64,000 nt of DNA from a virus. A program made the position numbers and the translations under genes. The stretch is taken from the IMG/VR virus record IMGVR_UViG_3300033997_000310, positions 50,802-114,801 of that record. The stretch is one strand, 5' to 3'. Position 1 is the first letter of the stretch. Each line of letters starts with the position of its first letter. The notes below the pieces were generated by a model, which was given only the letters and a program-made list of their open reading frames with translations, did not search any database and was not told the origin of the DNA. This document shows, piece after piece, positions 48,622 through 58,581 of this stretch.

Positions 48622-49498
48622 CCCGCTGCTTCCCGCCCACATCGACCTGCGCGATTTTCCGTTCATGCCTATGGAGGTGGCCCGGCTGCGGAAGTCTCGG
48701 GCCTGGAGCGTCATCGCCAAGCGCGATCCGCGTCTGGGCTTCTACATGCAGAACCTGTGGTGCGAGTCCTGGCACGAGCGGCCGGCCGGGAGCATGCCGG
48801 ACGATGACGACCTGCTGTGCGAGTTGGCGATGTGCAGCGACATCGAGACGTGGAAAGCGGTCAAGGCCAAGGTCATGCACGGATGGATCCTGTGCAGCGA
48901 CGGGCGCTGGTATCACCCCACGGTCTGCGAGAAGGCAGAGGAAGCGTGGAGCCGCAAGCAGGCGCAGCGTGACCGCACCGCAGCCGCCAGAGAAGCCAGG
49001 GCTGCACAGCGCCGCGGCGAGCAACCAACTACACCCAGCCCGCCGGCGGCGCCGTCTCCGCCACCACCGCCTCCGAAGGCCAAGCCCAAGCAGCAGGAAG
49101 CGCCGCACCAGACATCGTTCCTGCCTGACCCTACCGCAGAAGCAGTCGATCTATACAACGCGGCCGCAGAGCGGGCCGGCCTGCCCAAGGCGATGAAGAT
49201 CAACGACACGAGAAAGACCAAGCTGAAGCAGCGCATCAACGACGCTGGCGGGCTGGAAGGATGGAAAGCGGCGCTGGCGAAGTTGGAGGCATCACCGCAC
49301 TGTACCGGCAACAACGACCGGGGATGGCGTGCGGACCTGGATTTCCTGCTCCATGACAAGAGCTTCACGCGGCTGATGGAGGGCAGTTACGACGCGCGCA
49401 AGCCCGCCGGCGGCCCATCACATGTCAAAGGACAAACAGGCCTGGATCGGGGTTTCAGCAACGTCGTCCGGCTGATGGAAAGGGAAGGAAATGGCTGA
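48605..49498 (+). CDS. Replication initiator (DUF1376-like)
   Basis: DLRDFPFMP, SMPDDD, GRWYHP and GWRADLDFLL..MEGSY motifs. Confidence 0.8.
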   Translation: MTAKPDPLLPAHIDLRDFPFMPMEVARLRKSRAWSVIAKRDPRLGFYMQNLWCESWHERPAGSMPDDDDLLCELAMCSDIETWKAVKAKVMHGWILCSDGRWYHPTVCEKAEEAWSRKQAQRDRTAAAREARAAQRRGEQPTTPSPPAAPSPPPPPPKAKPKQQEAPHQTSFLPDPTAEAVDLYNAAAERAGLPKAMKINDTRKTKLKQRINDAGGLEGWKAALAKLEASPHCTGNNDRGWRADLDFLLHDKSFTRLMEGSYDARKPAGGPSHVKGQTGLDRGFSNVVRLMEREGNG

Positions 49499-50186
49499 GG
49501 ATTACAAGGGCGGGCTGCCTGCGATCGTGGTGGATAACATACCCAGCATGATCAGGCACGACGCTATGCCGACGGCTTACCTGCACAGGCACGCCCTGTC
49601 TGACACCGCAAGCGTCAACGAGTATACGCGCCTCGTCCCGCGTGATGCGTGCTTGGCCGTGATACCGGAAATTGAGCGGTGTTTGGTGCCTTTGGATCGT
49701 GAAGTCGCCACCGCCAAGGCCCGTATCCTGCTGGGCTGCTATCCGCCATCGCAGACCGACCGGCTGGAGAATCAGAACGTCTACATCCGTGGCATCATTG
49801 CCGTGTTTCAGGAAGTGCCGCGCGATATCGCGGACCAGGCCATCGACTATATCAGCAGCGAGGTCAAATGGCTGCCGACGCGGGCTGAGGTTACCCAGGT
49901 TTGCCGGCGCATGCTGAACGAGCGCAAGCGCATGCTGAACAATGCCAAGGCTCACCTCGCAGAACATGACCGCCGCGCCCTGGCCAAGCCGCCGGCAAAG
50001 AGCTATTCGGACTTGACGGACGAAGAAAAAGCCGCACACGACGATCGCATGCGGCTGTTTCGGGAAACCATTGCCAACCTGTCTGCCGGCATGCGGACGG
50101 CGCATGCAGAGCCCAACGAGCGGCTTCGTGAGCGCATCTTGTCCGAGACCGGCGAGCGCCAATCAGACGACGAAGACGCGGCCTAG
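49491..50186 (+). CDS. Replication-associated protein (initiator partner)
   Basis: Follows the initiator; KWLPTRAEV motif. Confidence 0.55.
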   Translation: MAEDYKGGLPAIVVDNIPSMIRHDAMPTAYLHRHALSDTASVNEYTRLVPRDACLAVIPEIERCLVPLDREVATAKARILLGCYPPSQTDRLENQNVYIRGIIAVFQEVPRDIADQAIDYISSEVKWLPTRAEVTQVCRRMLNERKRMLNNAKAHLAEHDRRALAKPPAKSYSDLTDEEKAAHDDRMRLFRETIANLSAGMRTAHAEPNERLRERILSETGERQSDDEDAA

Positions 50187-50707
50187 TCCGCGTCGATCTC
50201 CACCACCTCAGCTTCACCGCGCTGTTCACGCACCCGGTATTCAGCCACTGCAATCACCTGCTGGATTGCTGCCATCGCCTGCCGTCCGCGCTGCGCTATC
50301 GCAGCCAATTGATCAATGGTCAGGCTGTCCGCCTTCGATGAAGTCGACTCCTGAATGCATCGCGCGAACGAACCGACATCAGCGGTTGCCATAGTCATGC
50401 ATGCATTCAAGTCGAGAGACGCAAACTTCTGGTAGCGGCCCGTGGCGCGCAAAATTGCGCTGAAATATTCAATTTTATCAGGCGGCTTGCCGCGTCCGTG
50501 ATGGCGCTGGCTCTTTTGCATATGAACTAACTTCACTACTTGACTCCAAAGTGGGTCAGGCAGTGTCCTTGTCTGGTTTGGCCCTGTGGCCTTGTACAGC
50601 AGCGCATCCGACACACCTAAGACTTTGGCGACGCGCTTTGCCCCAAGGTTTTCCATGGCGTGTCGAACCGCAAATTCTAAGGTGCCTGGGTAGTTGAGGT
50701 TTGCCAT
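50183..50707 (-). CDS. CII-like HTH regulatory protein
   Basis: GGAG RBS; GAKRVAKVLGVSDALLYK. Confidence 0.5.
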   Translation of the reverse strand: MANLNYPGTLEFAVRHAMENLGAKRVAKVLGVSDALLYKATGPNQTRTLPDPLWSQVVKLVHMQKSQRHHGRGKPPDKIEYFSAILRATGRYQKFASLDLNACMTMATADVGSFARCIQESTSSKADSLTIDQLAAIAQRGRQAMAAIQQVIAVAEYRVREQRGEAEVVEIDAD

Positions 50708-50795
50708 GTCCAAACTCCGTGAAAAACAGGACAACACGTTTCGCGTCTGGAAACCTATTCTTCCGATCAGGCACACCCCGAACTGAGGTGGCGAG

Positions 50796-51008
50796 ATGCA
50801 AGAAAAAATCGCTGATGGGTTCCCGCCCGGAAGCCCCTTGTCGTACCGGATGCAGGCAGCACGCTTGCGGCATGAGGTCAATAACAACCCTTCACGCGAC
50901 GAAGGCCTGCTTCGTCATGCGGAGGCTCTTGACCACGTCGCGGATGTGCTGGGCGCAATCCCTGAACATCTTCGGGGTGTGCCGCAGAATGTACGCCTGA
51001 CTGCGTAA
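50796..51008 (+). CDS. Hypothetical protein
   Basis: GAGG RBS, 70 aa. Confidence 0.4.
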   Translation: MQEKIADGFPPGSPLSYRMQAARLRHEVNNNPSRDEGLLRHAEALDHVADVLGAIPEHLRGVPQNVRLTA

Positions 51009-51104
51009 AGTCGCAATGAGAAAAGTTCATGACGTAAACGGGAGAGATACATCTTCCGGGTCATGCAAGAACCAGAAGCCGCGATCAAGCGGACGGAGTG
51101 ACAT

Positions 51105-51695
51105 ATGGGCAAGAACGCCGGCGCCATCGAGCGCCTGACGATGGCTGTCGACCAACTGGTCGAGAACCCGCGCAATCCGCGAAAGCATCCGCAGGAACAG
51201 ATCGACCGTCTGGTCGCCAGCTATAAGCGATTTGGCCAGACCAAGCCCATCCTGGTTCGCAAGGCGGATCGGGTGATCATTGCCGGGCACGGCATGCTCA
51301 GGGCCATGAAACAGGCGGGGGCTGCACAGGTCGACGTCCTGGCATGGGAAACCGACCAGGCAACCGCCGATCAATACATGCTCGCCGACAACCGCCATGG
51401 CGAGCTGTCCAGCCCCGACACCGACCGCGTCGCTGCGATCCTGCGCGAGATCGACAAGGCCGACTACATGGCCGTCGGCTTCAGCGATGACGAGGTTTCC
51501 AAGCTGCTGGCTGATCTGGACGCCAGCGATATCGTGGTCGCGGAGGTCGACACCTCTGCCGTCGATGACCGCGCCTGGGTCTCCATCCGCTGCCCGCTCG
51601 CGCGCCAAGCCGAGATGCTGCAACGGCTGACTGAGGTGATGGCCGACTATCCAGACGTGGAGGTCGACCTGGGAACCGTGGCGGTGGCATCGTGA
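51105..51695 (+). CDS. ParB/Srx N-terminal domain protein
   Basis: NPRNPRKH, FGQTKPILV, IIAGHG and LADNR motifs. Confidence 0.85.
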   Translation: MGKNAGAIERLTMAVDQLVENPRNPRKHPQEQIDRLVASYKRFGQTKPILVRKADRVIIAGHGMLRAMKQAGAAQVDVLAWETDQATADQYMLADNRHGELSSPDTDRVAAILREIDKADYMAVGFSDDEVSKLLADLDASDIVVAEVDTSAVDDRAWVSIRCPLARQAEMLQRLTEVMADYPDVEVDLGTVAVAS

Positions 51696-52321
51696 AGGGG
51701 CGGAAGGGGTTTTCGGCATCCCTCAAGGCAGGAGGCAAGGTTAACAACCATCCTGCCGCCGCTAAAGCCAAAGCGGAACTGCGCAACCTGGTGCTGGACG
51801 AGATCGGAGGCGACGGGGCGACCGTCTTCGACGCCTTCGCCGGCGCCGGTCTGATGTATCAGCAGGTATGGCACCGGGCGGCCAGCTATGTCGGGTGCGA
51901 TCTTGTCTGGTACAGGGATCAGCGCCGCGCCTTTGTGGCCGACAATCGCCGCGTCCTGCGCGCAATCGACCTCGCCAGCTTCAACATCTTCGACCTGGAC
52001 GCCTACGGTAGCCCCTGGGAACAGGCATTGATCGTCGCCGACCGCCGGCCGGTGCAGCCCGGCGAGCGCATCGGCATCCTGCTGACAGAGGGATCCAGCC
52101 TCAACATGAAGCTGGGCGGCATGGCCGCTGGCCTGCGCATCCTGGCCGGCATGAAGGCCGGGGTGGCCGGGGCCAGCCGTCAGCAGGACGCCATCATCGA
52201 CAGGGCCATTGGGGGGCTATGTTCGCGCATGCGGGCCCGCGTGGTACGGCGCTGGCAGGCGAACGGAAAGACCGGCAGCAACATGAAGTACATTGGACTC
52301 GTCATGGAGGGAGTTTCGTGA
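51692..52321 (+). CDS. SAM-dependent methyltransferase-like protein
   Basis: VFDAFAGAG and FDLDAYGSPW motifs. Confidence 0.7.
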   Translation: MKGRKGFSASLKAGGKVNNHPAAAKAKAELRNLVLDEIGGDGATVFDAFAGAGLMYQQVWHRAASYVGCDLVWYRDQRRAFVADNRRVLRAIDLASFNIFDLDAYGSPWEQALIVADRRPVQPGERIGILLTEGSSLNMKLGGMAAGLRILAGMKAGVAGASRQQDAIIDRAIGGLCSRMRARVVRRWQANGKTGSNMKYIGLVMEGVS

Positions 52322-52614
52322 CCAAGAAAATCACATCGCAGGGCAGGCGTGATATTGCAGGTGCCATCAAATCGCTCCGCGGCACCGGCATGTCCAAAGA
52401 GGCGATGCGCGCTGTTTTTCCGACGCGACAGGCGGTCAAGGAATACGTCGGCGGCTATGCGAAGGCTTCAAGCCGCGTGCGATCCACGGCATCATCAAAG
52501 GCCGCACAGACGAAAGCGTCGGCAAAGGCGGATACCGGTTCGGCCAAGTCCTCCAGCCGTTCGGAAGCGGCCAGGAAAGCGAATGCGACCCGAAAGGCCA
52601 AGGGCAAGCGGTAA
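52318..52614 (+). CDS. Small very basic Lys/Ala/Ser-rich protein
   Basis: GTG start after GGAG; histone-like tail. Confidence 0.55.
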   Translation: MTKKITSQGRRDIAGAIKSLRGTGMSKEAMRAVFPTRQAVKEYVGGYAKASSRVRSTASSKAAQTKASAKADTGSAKSSSRSEAARKANATRKAKGKR

Positions 52615-52742
52615 AGGCAGAACGCCGCCCCGAAACCGGAGCGGCGCCCATCTGCAACAGGACTGATAAGGCTGCCTCATCAGGCCGCAGGCACCACCCA
52701 CACGGCGACCATTCTCCCGGTATCGGGAAAATGGTTTCGGCT

Positions 52743-52946
52743 TCAGAACATGCCGAGTTGACCTCCTCCATCCTGGGTGGATCGTGGCTTCAGGTCTCGC
52801 CTACGCGCCTCAGCGTCCAGCTTTTCTGCCATATCGGTGAGGCACAGACGGCGAGCGCCGTCAGATATCGGGCTGGAGGCCGCCGCCTCATCACGGAGCA
52901 TCTGCGCCGCGTGCAGGATGCCGGCGCGGAATTCCTTGCTCGTCAT
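52743..52946 (-). CDS. Hypothetical protein ending in QLGMF
   Basis: GAGGAG RBS. Confidence 0.55.
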   Translation of the reverse strand: MTSKEFRAGILHAAQMLRDEAAASSPISDGARRLCLTDMAEKLDAEARRRDLKPRSTQDGGGQLGMF

Positions 52947-52955
52947 GTGATCTCC

Positions 52956-53816
52956 TCAGAACATGCTCAACTGCATGGACCCAGCAGTCGCCGGCTTCTT
53001 GGGCGGCATCTCCTTCTGGGTCTTTGCAGGCGTGGGCAATGGGGCCTGGATCAGCAGTGGTTGCTCGGGCTGCGCGGGATCTGGCTTGAAGACGCTGGTC
53101 CGCCGCCACTCCAACCAAGAGTCCTTATGCTCATCAAGGAACAATTCCATCGGTGGCGTGAACTGCACCTCCCACTGTTCCAGCGAGATGGCGTTCCCTC
53201 TGGTGACCTTTGCCGGGATGCCGCGCAGAGAGAACTGGAGATAGGCCATCTGGAACGCTGTGTTCGAGATGTCCATGGCCTCGACATACATGCTGGTGGC
53301 TGGGTCGTATCCCAACTCCTCCAGGTACTCGGCCGCAGCGATGATCTGCGCACCGCCGCCGACGGCTGGCTCATGAACGCTGATCCAGCCCTGGCTTTCC
53401 AGGATCGGCTCGACCTCGCCCATGCTCATGCGGGCCATTAGCCGGCACACCTCGAAGGGCGTAAAATACTGGCCCAGGTATTCGTTTAGACCGCCGATCT
53501 CAGCCGCACACTTGCCGATGAAATCGCCGTGCTCCTGAACGCCGGCAGCCACAATGCCCAGCATCTCCGGCATCCGCCGGATATAGGCGTCATCCTTCGC
53601 GCGCCGGACTACGGCCATGTACCGCTCCTCCAGCGCTTCAGCCTGGGGTGAGGTCGGGAAGTGCGTCTTCTTGGCGACAGCGCAATAGGCCATCTCAAGA
53701 AAGTCGTTCAGCACCTCGCCATGCCGGCGGTGACGCGCGAGCTCGTCGACCAGCTTGATGAAGTCGCGCTCAGTCCCCGCCTTCCCCGAATAGGGATGCT
53801 TCTTGATCTTGCCCAT
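52956..53816 (-). CDS. N6-methyltransferase-like protein ending in QLSMF
   Basis: GQYFTP, EPAVGGG and GNAIS motifs; no canonical NPPY/F. Confidence 0.75.
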   Translation of the reverse strand: MGKIKKHPYSGKAGTERDFIKLVDELARHRRHGEVLNDFLEMAYCAVAKKTHFPTSPQAEALEERYMAVVRRAKDDAYIRRMPEMLGIVAAGVQEHGDFIGKCAAEIGGLNEYLGQYFTPFEVCRLMARMSMGEVEPILESQGWISVHEPAVGGGAQIIAAAEYLEELGYDPATSMYVEAMDISNTAFQMAYLQFSLRGIPAKVTRGNAISLEQWEVQFTPPMELFLDEHKDSWLEWRRTSVFKPDPAQPEQPLLIQAPLPTPAKTQKEMPPKKPATAGSMQLSMF

Positions 53817-53819
53817 GGT

Positions 53820-54616
53820 TCACCTGCCATTCGCCAGCAGGTCGATGAACCACTGCGGTTCCTTGATCTTGCTTAGGTCGATGGCGGCGGCGTTGTTGAT
53901 GACGAATTCACGGAAGTGCTTCCGATGAATCCACCAAATATCGCCGCCCTGGGCTTCGACACGGTTGGTGCCGCGCCGCTTCGCCTGCAGGCCCAGCTTG
54001 GTGATCCAGCGCTCAACGGTGCTGGCGTCCACGCCCATGCAGGCGGCCAGCGCGCGGGCGGTGAAATGGTCGATGTCGGTGCGGTCGAAGTCGCCACGCT
54101 TCAGCTTGATCGCAATGGCTGCCTCAGTTCGGTTGAAGCCGGCCTTCTTCAGGCGACGCTGGATCGCCTTTGGTTGGAGGTGCGCGACCGCTTCCAGGAT
54201 TTGAAGTTCAGCATCCGACCACTTCGGCTCCTTCTCGCGCGCAACAGCCACACCCAGCGCCAGCGCCCGGCGGCGCACCCAATACCGGGGCCGTTGCACC
54301 TTGCGACACAGAGCAGCGCCAGTTGCCCTTTGGTCGGGTCACTCTGATAGACGCGGATGATGGCAGCGTCGATCTGTTCGGTCGTCGTCCACGATTGCCG
54401 CGCTGGCTTCGATTTGCCGTGCTTGATCTTCAATGCAGCAGCTTGGTTGTAGATGCTCGAAAGCGAGCGATACGGCATCACTTCCTGGCATCCAGGGGCG
54501 CCGCTCATGGGATATGTGCGCCGGATGATGGCAATCTCCTGATCCGTCCAGCGTTCCTTTACTTGGGTTTGGCGTGGCGGAATTTCCGCCTGTGCCGGCA
54601 TCATCATGCCGTCCAT
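53820..54616 (-). pseudogene. Myb/HTH-repeat DNA-binding protein split by a 2-nt frameshift near 54306
   Basis: WTDQE, WTTTE and WSDAE repeats lie in two frames; removing one GT from TGTGT joins them. Confidence 0.6.
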
Positions 54617-54709
54617 GTTCTTCTCCAATTGCAGATGGATGCGGGTGGTGAATCCGCGACGCTGCTGGTGGAGGGCAGCGTTTCGGCCCGGCACCACTGC
54701 CGGGCCTCA

Positions 54710-56588
54710 TCAGGCGGAAAGCTCTTTGTCGATCCTCTTGAAAATCCACTCAACAACCGGCACGCACCAGCTATTGCCGAAGCCCTTGTAGCGCGGCCCG
54801 TCGGCCATGGCGTTGGTCAGCCAGCGGCCGTCATCGCCCTGCATCACCTCGGCACCCTGCGCGGCCAGATAGGCGGCTTCGTCGGCATCAATGCGGCGCC
54901 ATTTGGCGTTTCCCTGGCGGGTGACGGTGGGGATCAGGGTGTAGCCGTCCGGGAAGCCCTGAAGCCGGCTGCATTCCAGCGGGGTCAGGCGACGAACGGA
55001 CATGGTGCCCGCCAGCAGCGTTTCATTTTTGGCGTCGCCGCGTCGGATAGCTGATTGTGATCCAGCGATATCCATGAGGCGCAGTTCGTTGCGCTGGTTC
55101 TCCGCAAAAGCCACAGCCACCTGGCCGCCGGCGTTGGGGTGACTCCCGGCATGGCCCATTGCACGCAGGGTGGGAGAAATGACTCCCACGTCGGCCCCGT
55201 GATCCTTGGCACTGAAAGCCAGCAGGTGGCTTCCCTGATCCGTGCCCGTGGTCAGGGCATCAACCCGTTCTCCCGTTTCCGATGCCCCGCAGTTTCCGCT
55301 GGTGCGGTACGCAACCCCATGCTGCGCGCCCGCCTGGAGGATGAACATCGGATCAACATCGCTGCCGATACCAATCCCAGCACGCACATCAGTCGTGCTG
55401 GCACCCGTTCGCTTGCCCACCTCTTGGATGGGGTAGACGATGGTGGGCACACCGCGCCCGGTGCCGTCTTCGCTGCAGCCATTGCCGTTGTTGGCGGTGT
55501 TCAGGGCGTGGGTGATGTCGCCGGTGATGCACACTGGCACCAACGTGTCGGTGCAGTCGCTATCGACGCCCTTGGCCCCGTCGCGGGCGCGCAAAGCCTG
55601 TGCGATATCCGGAGCAACCGTCGCCACGAACGTCTCGCTCTCGAAATCCATGCGCCCGCACGGGCCACCATGGGCATTCACGGCGGTGGCAACCTCAATT
55701 GCCCCCCCCCGTGTTGTTGCCGCCGAATGCGAGGACGTGGGGCTTGTCTCCTCCTCCTCCTCCGGTTCGCAGGGCTGGCATGACGTTTCCGGTGATTTCG
55801 GCTGTGCCGCCTCCCTCTCGACCACGGAGCGCAACGCCAACGACAGCATCGCTGGCAACTCCCGCCCCCGCGCTTCCGCCCGGCGCAGGATGCCCGCGCA
55901 GGCCTTGGCGCTCAGGGAATAGCGGGCCGGCACCGGCCCTGTCTCCAAGATGTCGGAGAGCTTCGGCTTCTGTTTCGTGAAGCACACGGCTGGGATCGAC
56001 CCCGCAACGATGCCGTGTTGCGACCACAAAAACTCGGCGTCGACGCTGCGGGACAAAGCCTTGAGCATCAATGATACGCCAGGCGACTTTCCGTTGCGGT
56101 CCAACAACCATACCCGCGTTTGTCCATTTACCCCGTGGAGGAACGATGGCGGTGTCTTCTCCCACCAAGGCCGCAAGGAAGCATCCAAATGCGTTTCCTT
56201 TGTCGGACAGCACGCCTGGGACGTTTTCCCAGAAGATAACATCGACAGGTTCGCCAGCAGGTCCAACTGCATCACATATCTCCACGAAGCGCAGGGTCAG
56301 GTTGCCGCGGTCGTCGTTAAGGCCCTTGCGCAGGCCCGCTAAGCTGAATGGCTGACAAGGACTTCCGCCAACAACCATGTCAACGCCGCCTAATTCGGCA
56401 ACGCGATCAATGAAATCATGGGCGGTAACATCCCCAAGGTTTGGAACTTTAGGCCAATGATTAGCAGTAACTGCTGATGGCGCGGCCTCAATCTCAGCCA
56501 GCGCCACACAGCGCCACCCAAGACCCTTGCTTGCTTCATGAGCAGCACCAATGCCATCAAACAACGAAAGGTAACGAATATCGGTCAT
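54710..56588 (-). CDS. C5-cytosine DNA methyltransferase in two overlapping frames (55695-56588 and 54710-56275)
   Basis: Motifs I (SLFDGIG), IV (GSPCQ), VI (ENV) and VIII (QRRRRVF) are in one frame; IX (RRLTPLECSRLQGFP) and X (GNS) are in the other. G9 tract at 55702-55710. Confidence 0.85.
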
Positions 56589-56794
56589 GGCGGCAATGAT
56601 CCAGTCTCATGATCATGGGAAAATAAAAGAGGCGCGGCATCGTTCTGAACCGATGAATTCGCCCACATCTCGAAGAAATCGAGCTGGGCGTAATAGGTCG
56701 CGCAGACCGGCCCGATCCCGATAGCGATGCTGGCCGGGTTCTTCAGGCGCCGGCCGCAGCACCGGCATCGTTCCGATCTGCGCGGGTCCATCAT
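56585..56794 (-). CDS. DUF6011-like zinc-ribbon protein
   Basis: CRCCGRRLKNPASIAIGIGPVC. Confidence 0.75.
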   Translation of the reverse strand: MMDPRRSERCRCCGRRLKNPASIAIGIGPVCATYYAQLDFFEMWANSSVQNDAAPLLFSHDHETGSLPP

Positions 56795-57519
56795 TCGACA
56801 TTGGCCGCTATGTCGATGGTTTCGGTAGTGCCGTCCGGGCTGGTCACCTCGAACACCGTGGCGGTGGTGTCAGGCGCAAGCTGGAATTGCCGCGCCTTCT
56901 TCACCGCTTCCTCGGGGCTGTCGGCCTCGATGTCGATGCGCCAAGCGACGGCGTAGGTGTTGGGCCGGGTCGGGTCGAACAGCAGATCATTCTGAAAAGG
57001 CAGTCTCCAGACGCGACCGTTATAACTGACCTTGGCGATGGGGCCGCCGTCATCTTCGGTCACCATCCCGCCGGCCCAATTGCCGCCGCCCAGGTTGTAC
57101 TTCTCAATGTAGGCGCGGCACGCGGCCGACGCTTCGGCGAATGAGCCGACCTCTTTCACCTCGCTCGGCACGCCGGGCAGCGGATCGGGGCTTTGTCCGT
57201 GATCCGGATTGCCACAGGCTGCAAGTTTTACCTTCATGATGGCGGTCGGCACGGGCGGCAAAGCAAACCAATATTCTGGTTCGCGCCCCGCCAATATCAC
57301 CCCATATCGGTCGTTCTTAGGATCATAGATTGCCCAGGGCGAATCATCCGACATCAGACCGCCTTGCGTGTTGTAGATGCCCTTGAACCACCCGGTTTTA
57401 TCCCAGGCCATCATCACGTCGATCTGATTCTGGCCGTCTGGTCCGGCAGCTGGCACCTCCTGGGCCGTTTTCTTGATGTTCATCTTGTTCTCCATTGCAG
57501 AGGATTCTTGAACAGCCAT
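56791..57519 (-). CDS. Hypothetical mosaic protein
   Basis: GNPDHGQ, LGGGNW and SYNGRVW segments; start uncertain. Confidence 0.6.
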   Translation of the reverse strand: MAVQESSAMENKMNIKKTAQEVPAAGPDGQNQIDVMMAWDKTGWFKGIYNTQGGLMSDDSPWAIYDPKNDRYGVILAGREPEYWFALPPVPTAIMKVKLAACGNPDHGQSPDPLPGVPSEVKEVGSFAEASAACRAYIEKYNLGGGNWAGGMVTEDDGGPIAKVSYNGRVWRLPFQNDLLFDPTRPNTYAVAWRIDIEADSPEEAVKKARQFQLAPDTTATVFEVTSPDGTTETIDIAANVE

Positions 57520-57520
57520 C

Positions 57521-58261
57521 TCATCCCCAATCGGAAGAAAAGTGAGTCGTGCTATTGCCGTTCGGCCATTCGATGCGAACACCGCCCTTACGAACGGCGG
57601 GGCCACAATGACCAAGCGGCATCAGCACGCGAGCGCCCTGGTCGACATACTCGACCATTCTCACCTCTCGACGTTCGAGGTGGTTGAGAGAGCGGCGCAG
57701 AATCCGTTCGATGGCATTCAACTTGCGTCGGTCAGTTTCGGCCGTACACCACGCATGCATGGTGCTGTCGCGACCGAACCGCCAATCACCACCAGCCCAG
57801 GACTCGAAATGCCAAGTGCCGCGCATGGCGGTTCTCACTTCCCGATAATCCATGAGAAATGGGTATTTCTTGGTCCAGAAGATGGTCCAGACAATTCCAG
57901 GGCATAACGTCGGGATCATCGCCCGTGTGCATCCTGTGTCGATACTGCCGGTGAAGTCGATACAACTGCCATATCGGATAAGTTCGAGATCCCTGGCATC
58001 ATATCGCTCCAGATCGCGACGACGACGTGCAACACGGGCGGTCGTGAAGTCGGAAACGCGATTCATCCATGACCGAACAGAGGGATGGTGATCGTATCGC
58101 TTCATCATTCCGCGCTCGCGGATGAGCCTGGATTCGACTTTCCCATACTTGTCGGGATCGCCAGCGATCAGGATCAACGGCGGCGGGTGCCTTGTGCTTC
58201 TCGTTTTCAGCTCGAAGACCCGGCCGGCGGCCAGTTCTCCGATCCATTTCTTGCCTGCCAT
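57521..58261 (-). CDS. Hypothetical protein
   Basis: GAGG RBS preceded by the CCATCTGCAA motif; lower GC. Confidence 0.55.
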   Translation of the reverse strand: MAGKKWIGELAAGRVFELKTRSTRHPPPLILIAGDPDKYGKVESRLIRERGMMKRYDHHPSVRSWMNRVSDFTTARVARRRRDLERYDARDLELIRYGSCIDFTGSIDTGCTRAMIPTLCPGIVWTIFWTKKYPFLMDYREVRTAMRGTWHFESWAGGDWRFGRDSTMHAWCTAETDRRKLNAIERILRRSLNHLERREVRMVEYVDQGARVLMPLGHCGPAVRKGGVRIEWPNGNSTTHFSSDWG

Positions 58262-58350
58262 GTCTCAACCTCTTGCAGATGGTGCGGTGGCTTCCGCGAC
58301 CAGCAGTCAAGGAATCCTTGACCACTGGTTTCGGCCTTGCCAGGGCCTCG

Positions 58351-58569
58351 TCAGACGGATTTATTTTCGGCTGGCGGGCGAACATAAATGCGGTCGCCGA
58401 CACAGAATGAATCGCCAGGAAGCAAGCTCCCGTCACCACATAGAACCCTGTCGTGCTTCCACTTTCCGCGACCATTTGCGGCGCGAGCATAATCGCGATG
58501 ATGGACTTTAGGCGTCACGACCTCCCAATTAGGGTGTTCATCCATCCATTTTTCTTGCTGCGGCGTCAT
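58351..58569 (-). CDS. Hypothetical protein
   Basis: 72-aa ORF in operon. Confidence 0.5.
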   Translation of the reverse strand: MTPQQEKWMDEHPNWEVVTPKVHHRDYARAANGRGKWKHDRVLCGDGSLLPGDSFCVGDRIYVRPPAENKSV

Positions 58570-58581
58570 GATGATGTCCGA

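Noticed and set aside
56596-56610. Additional ATG-N9-CAT site
   Set aside because: It lies inside a coding region and lacks the A-rich core, so it is compatible with chance.
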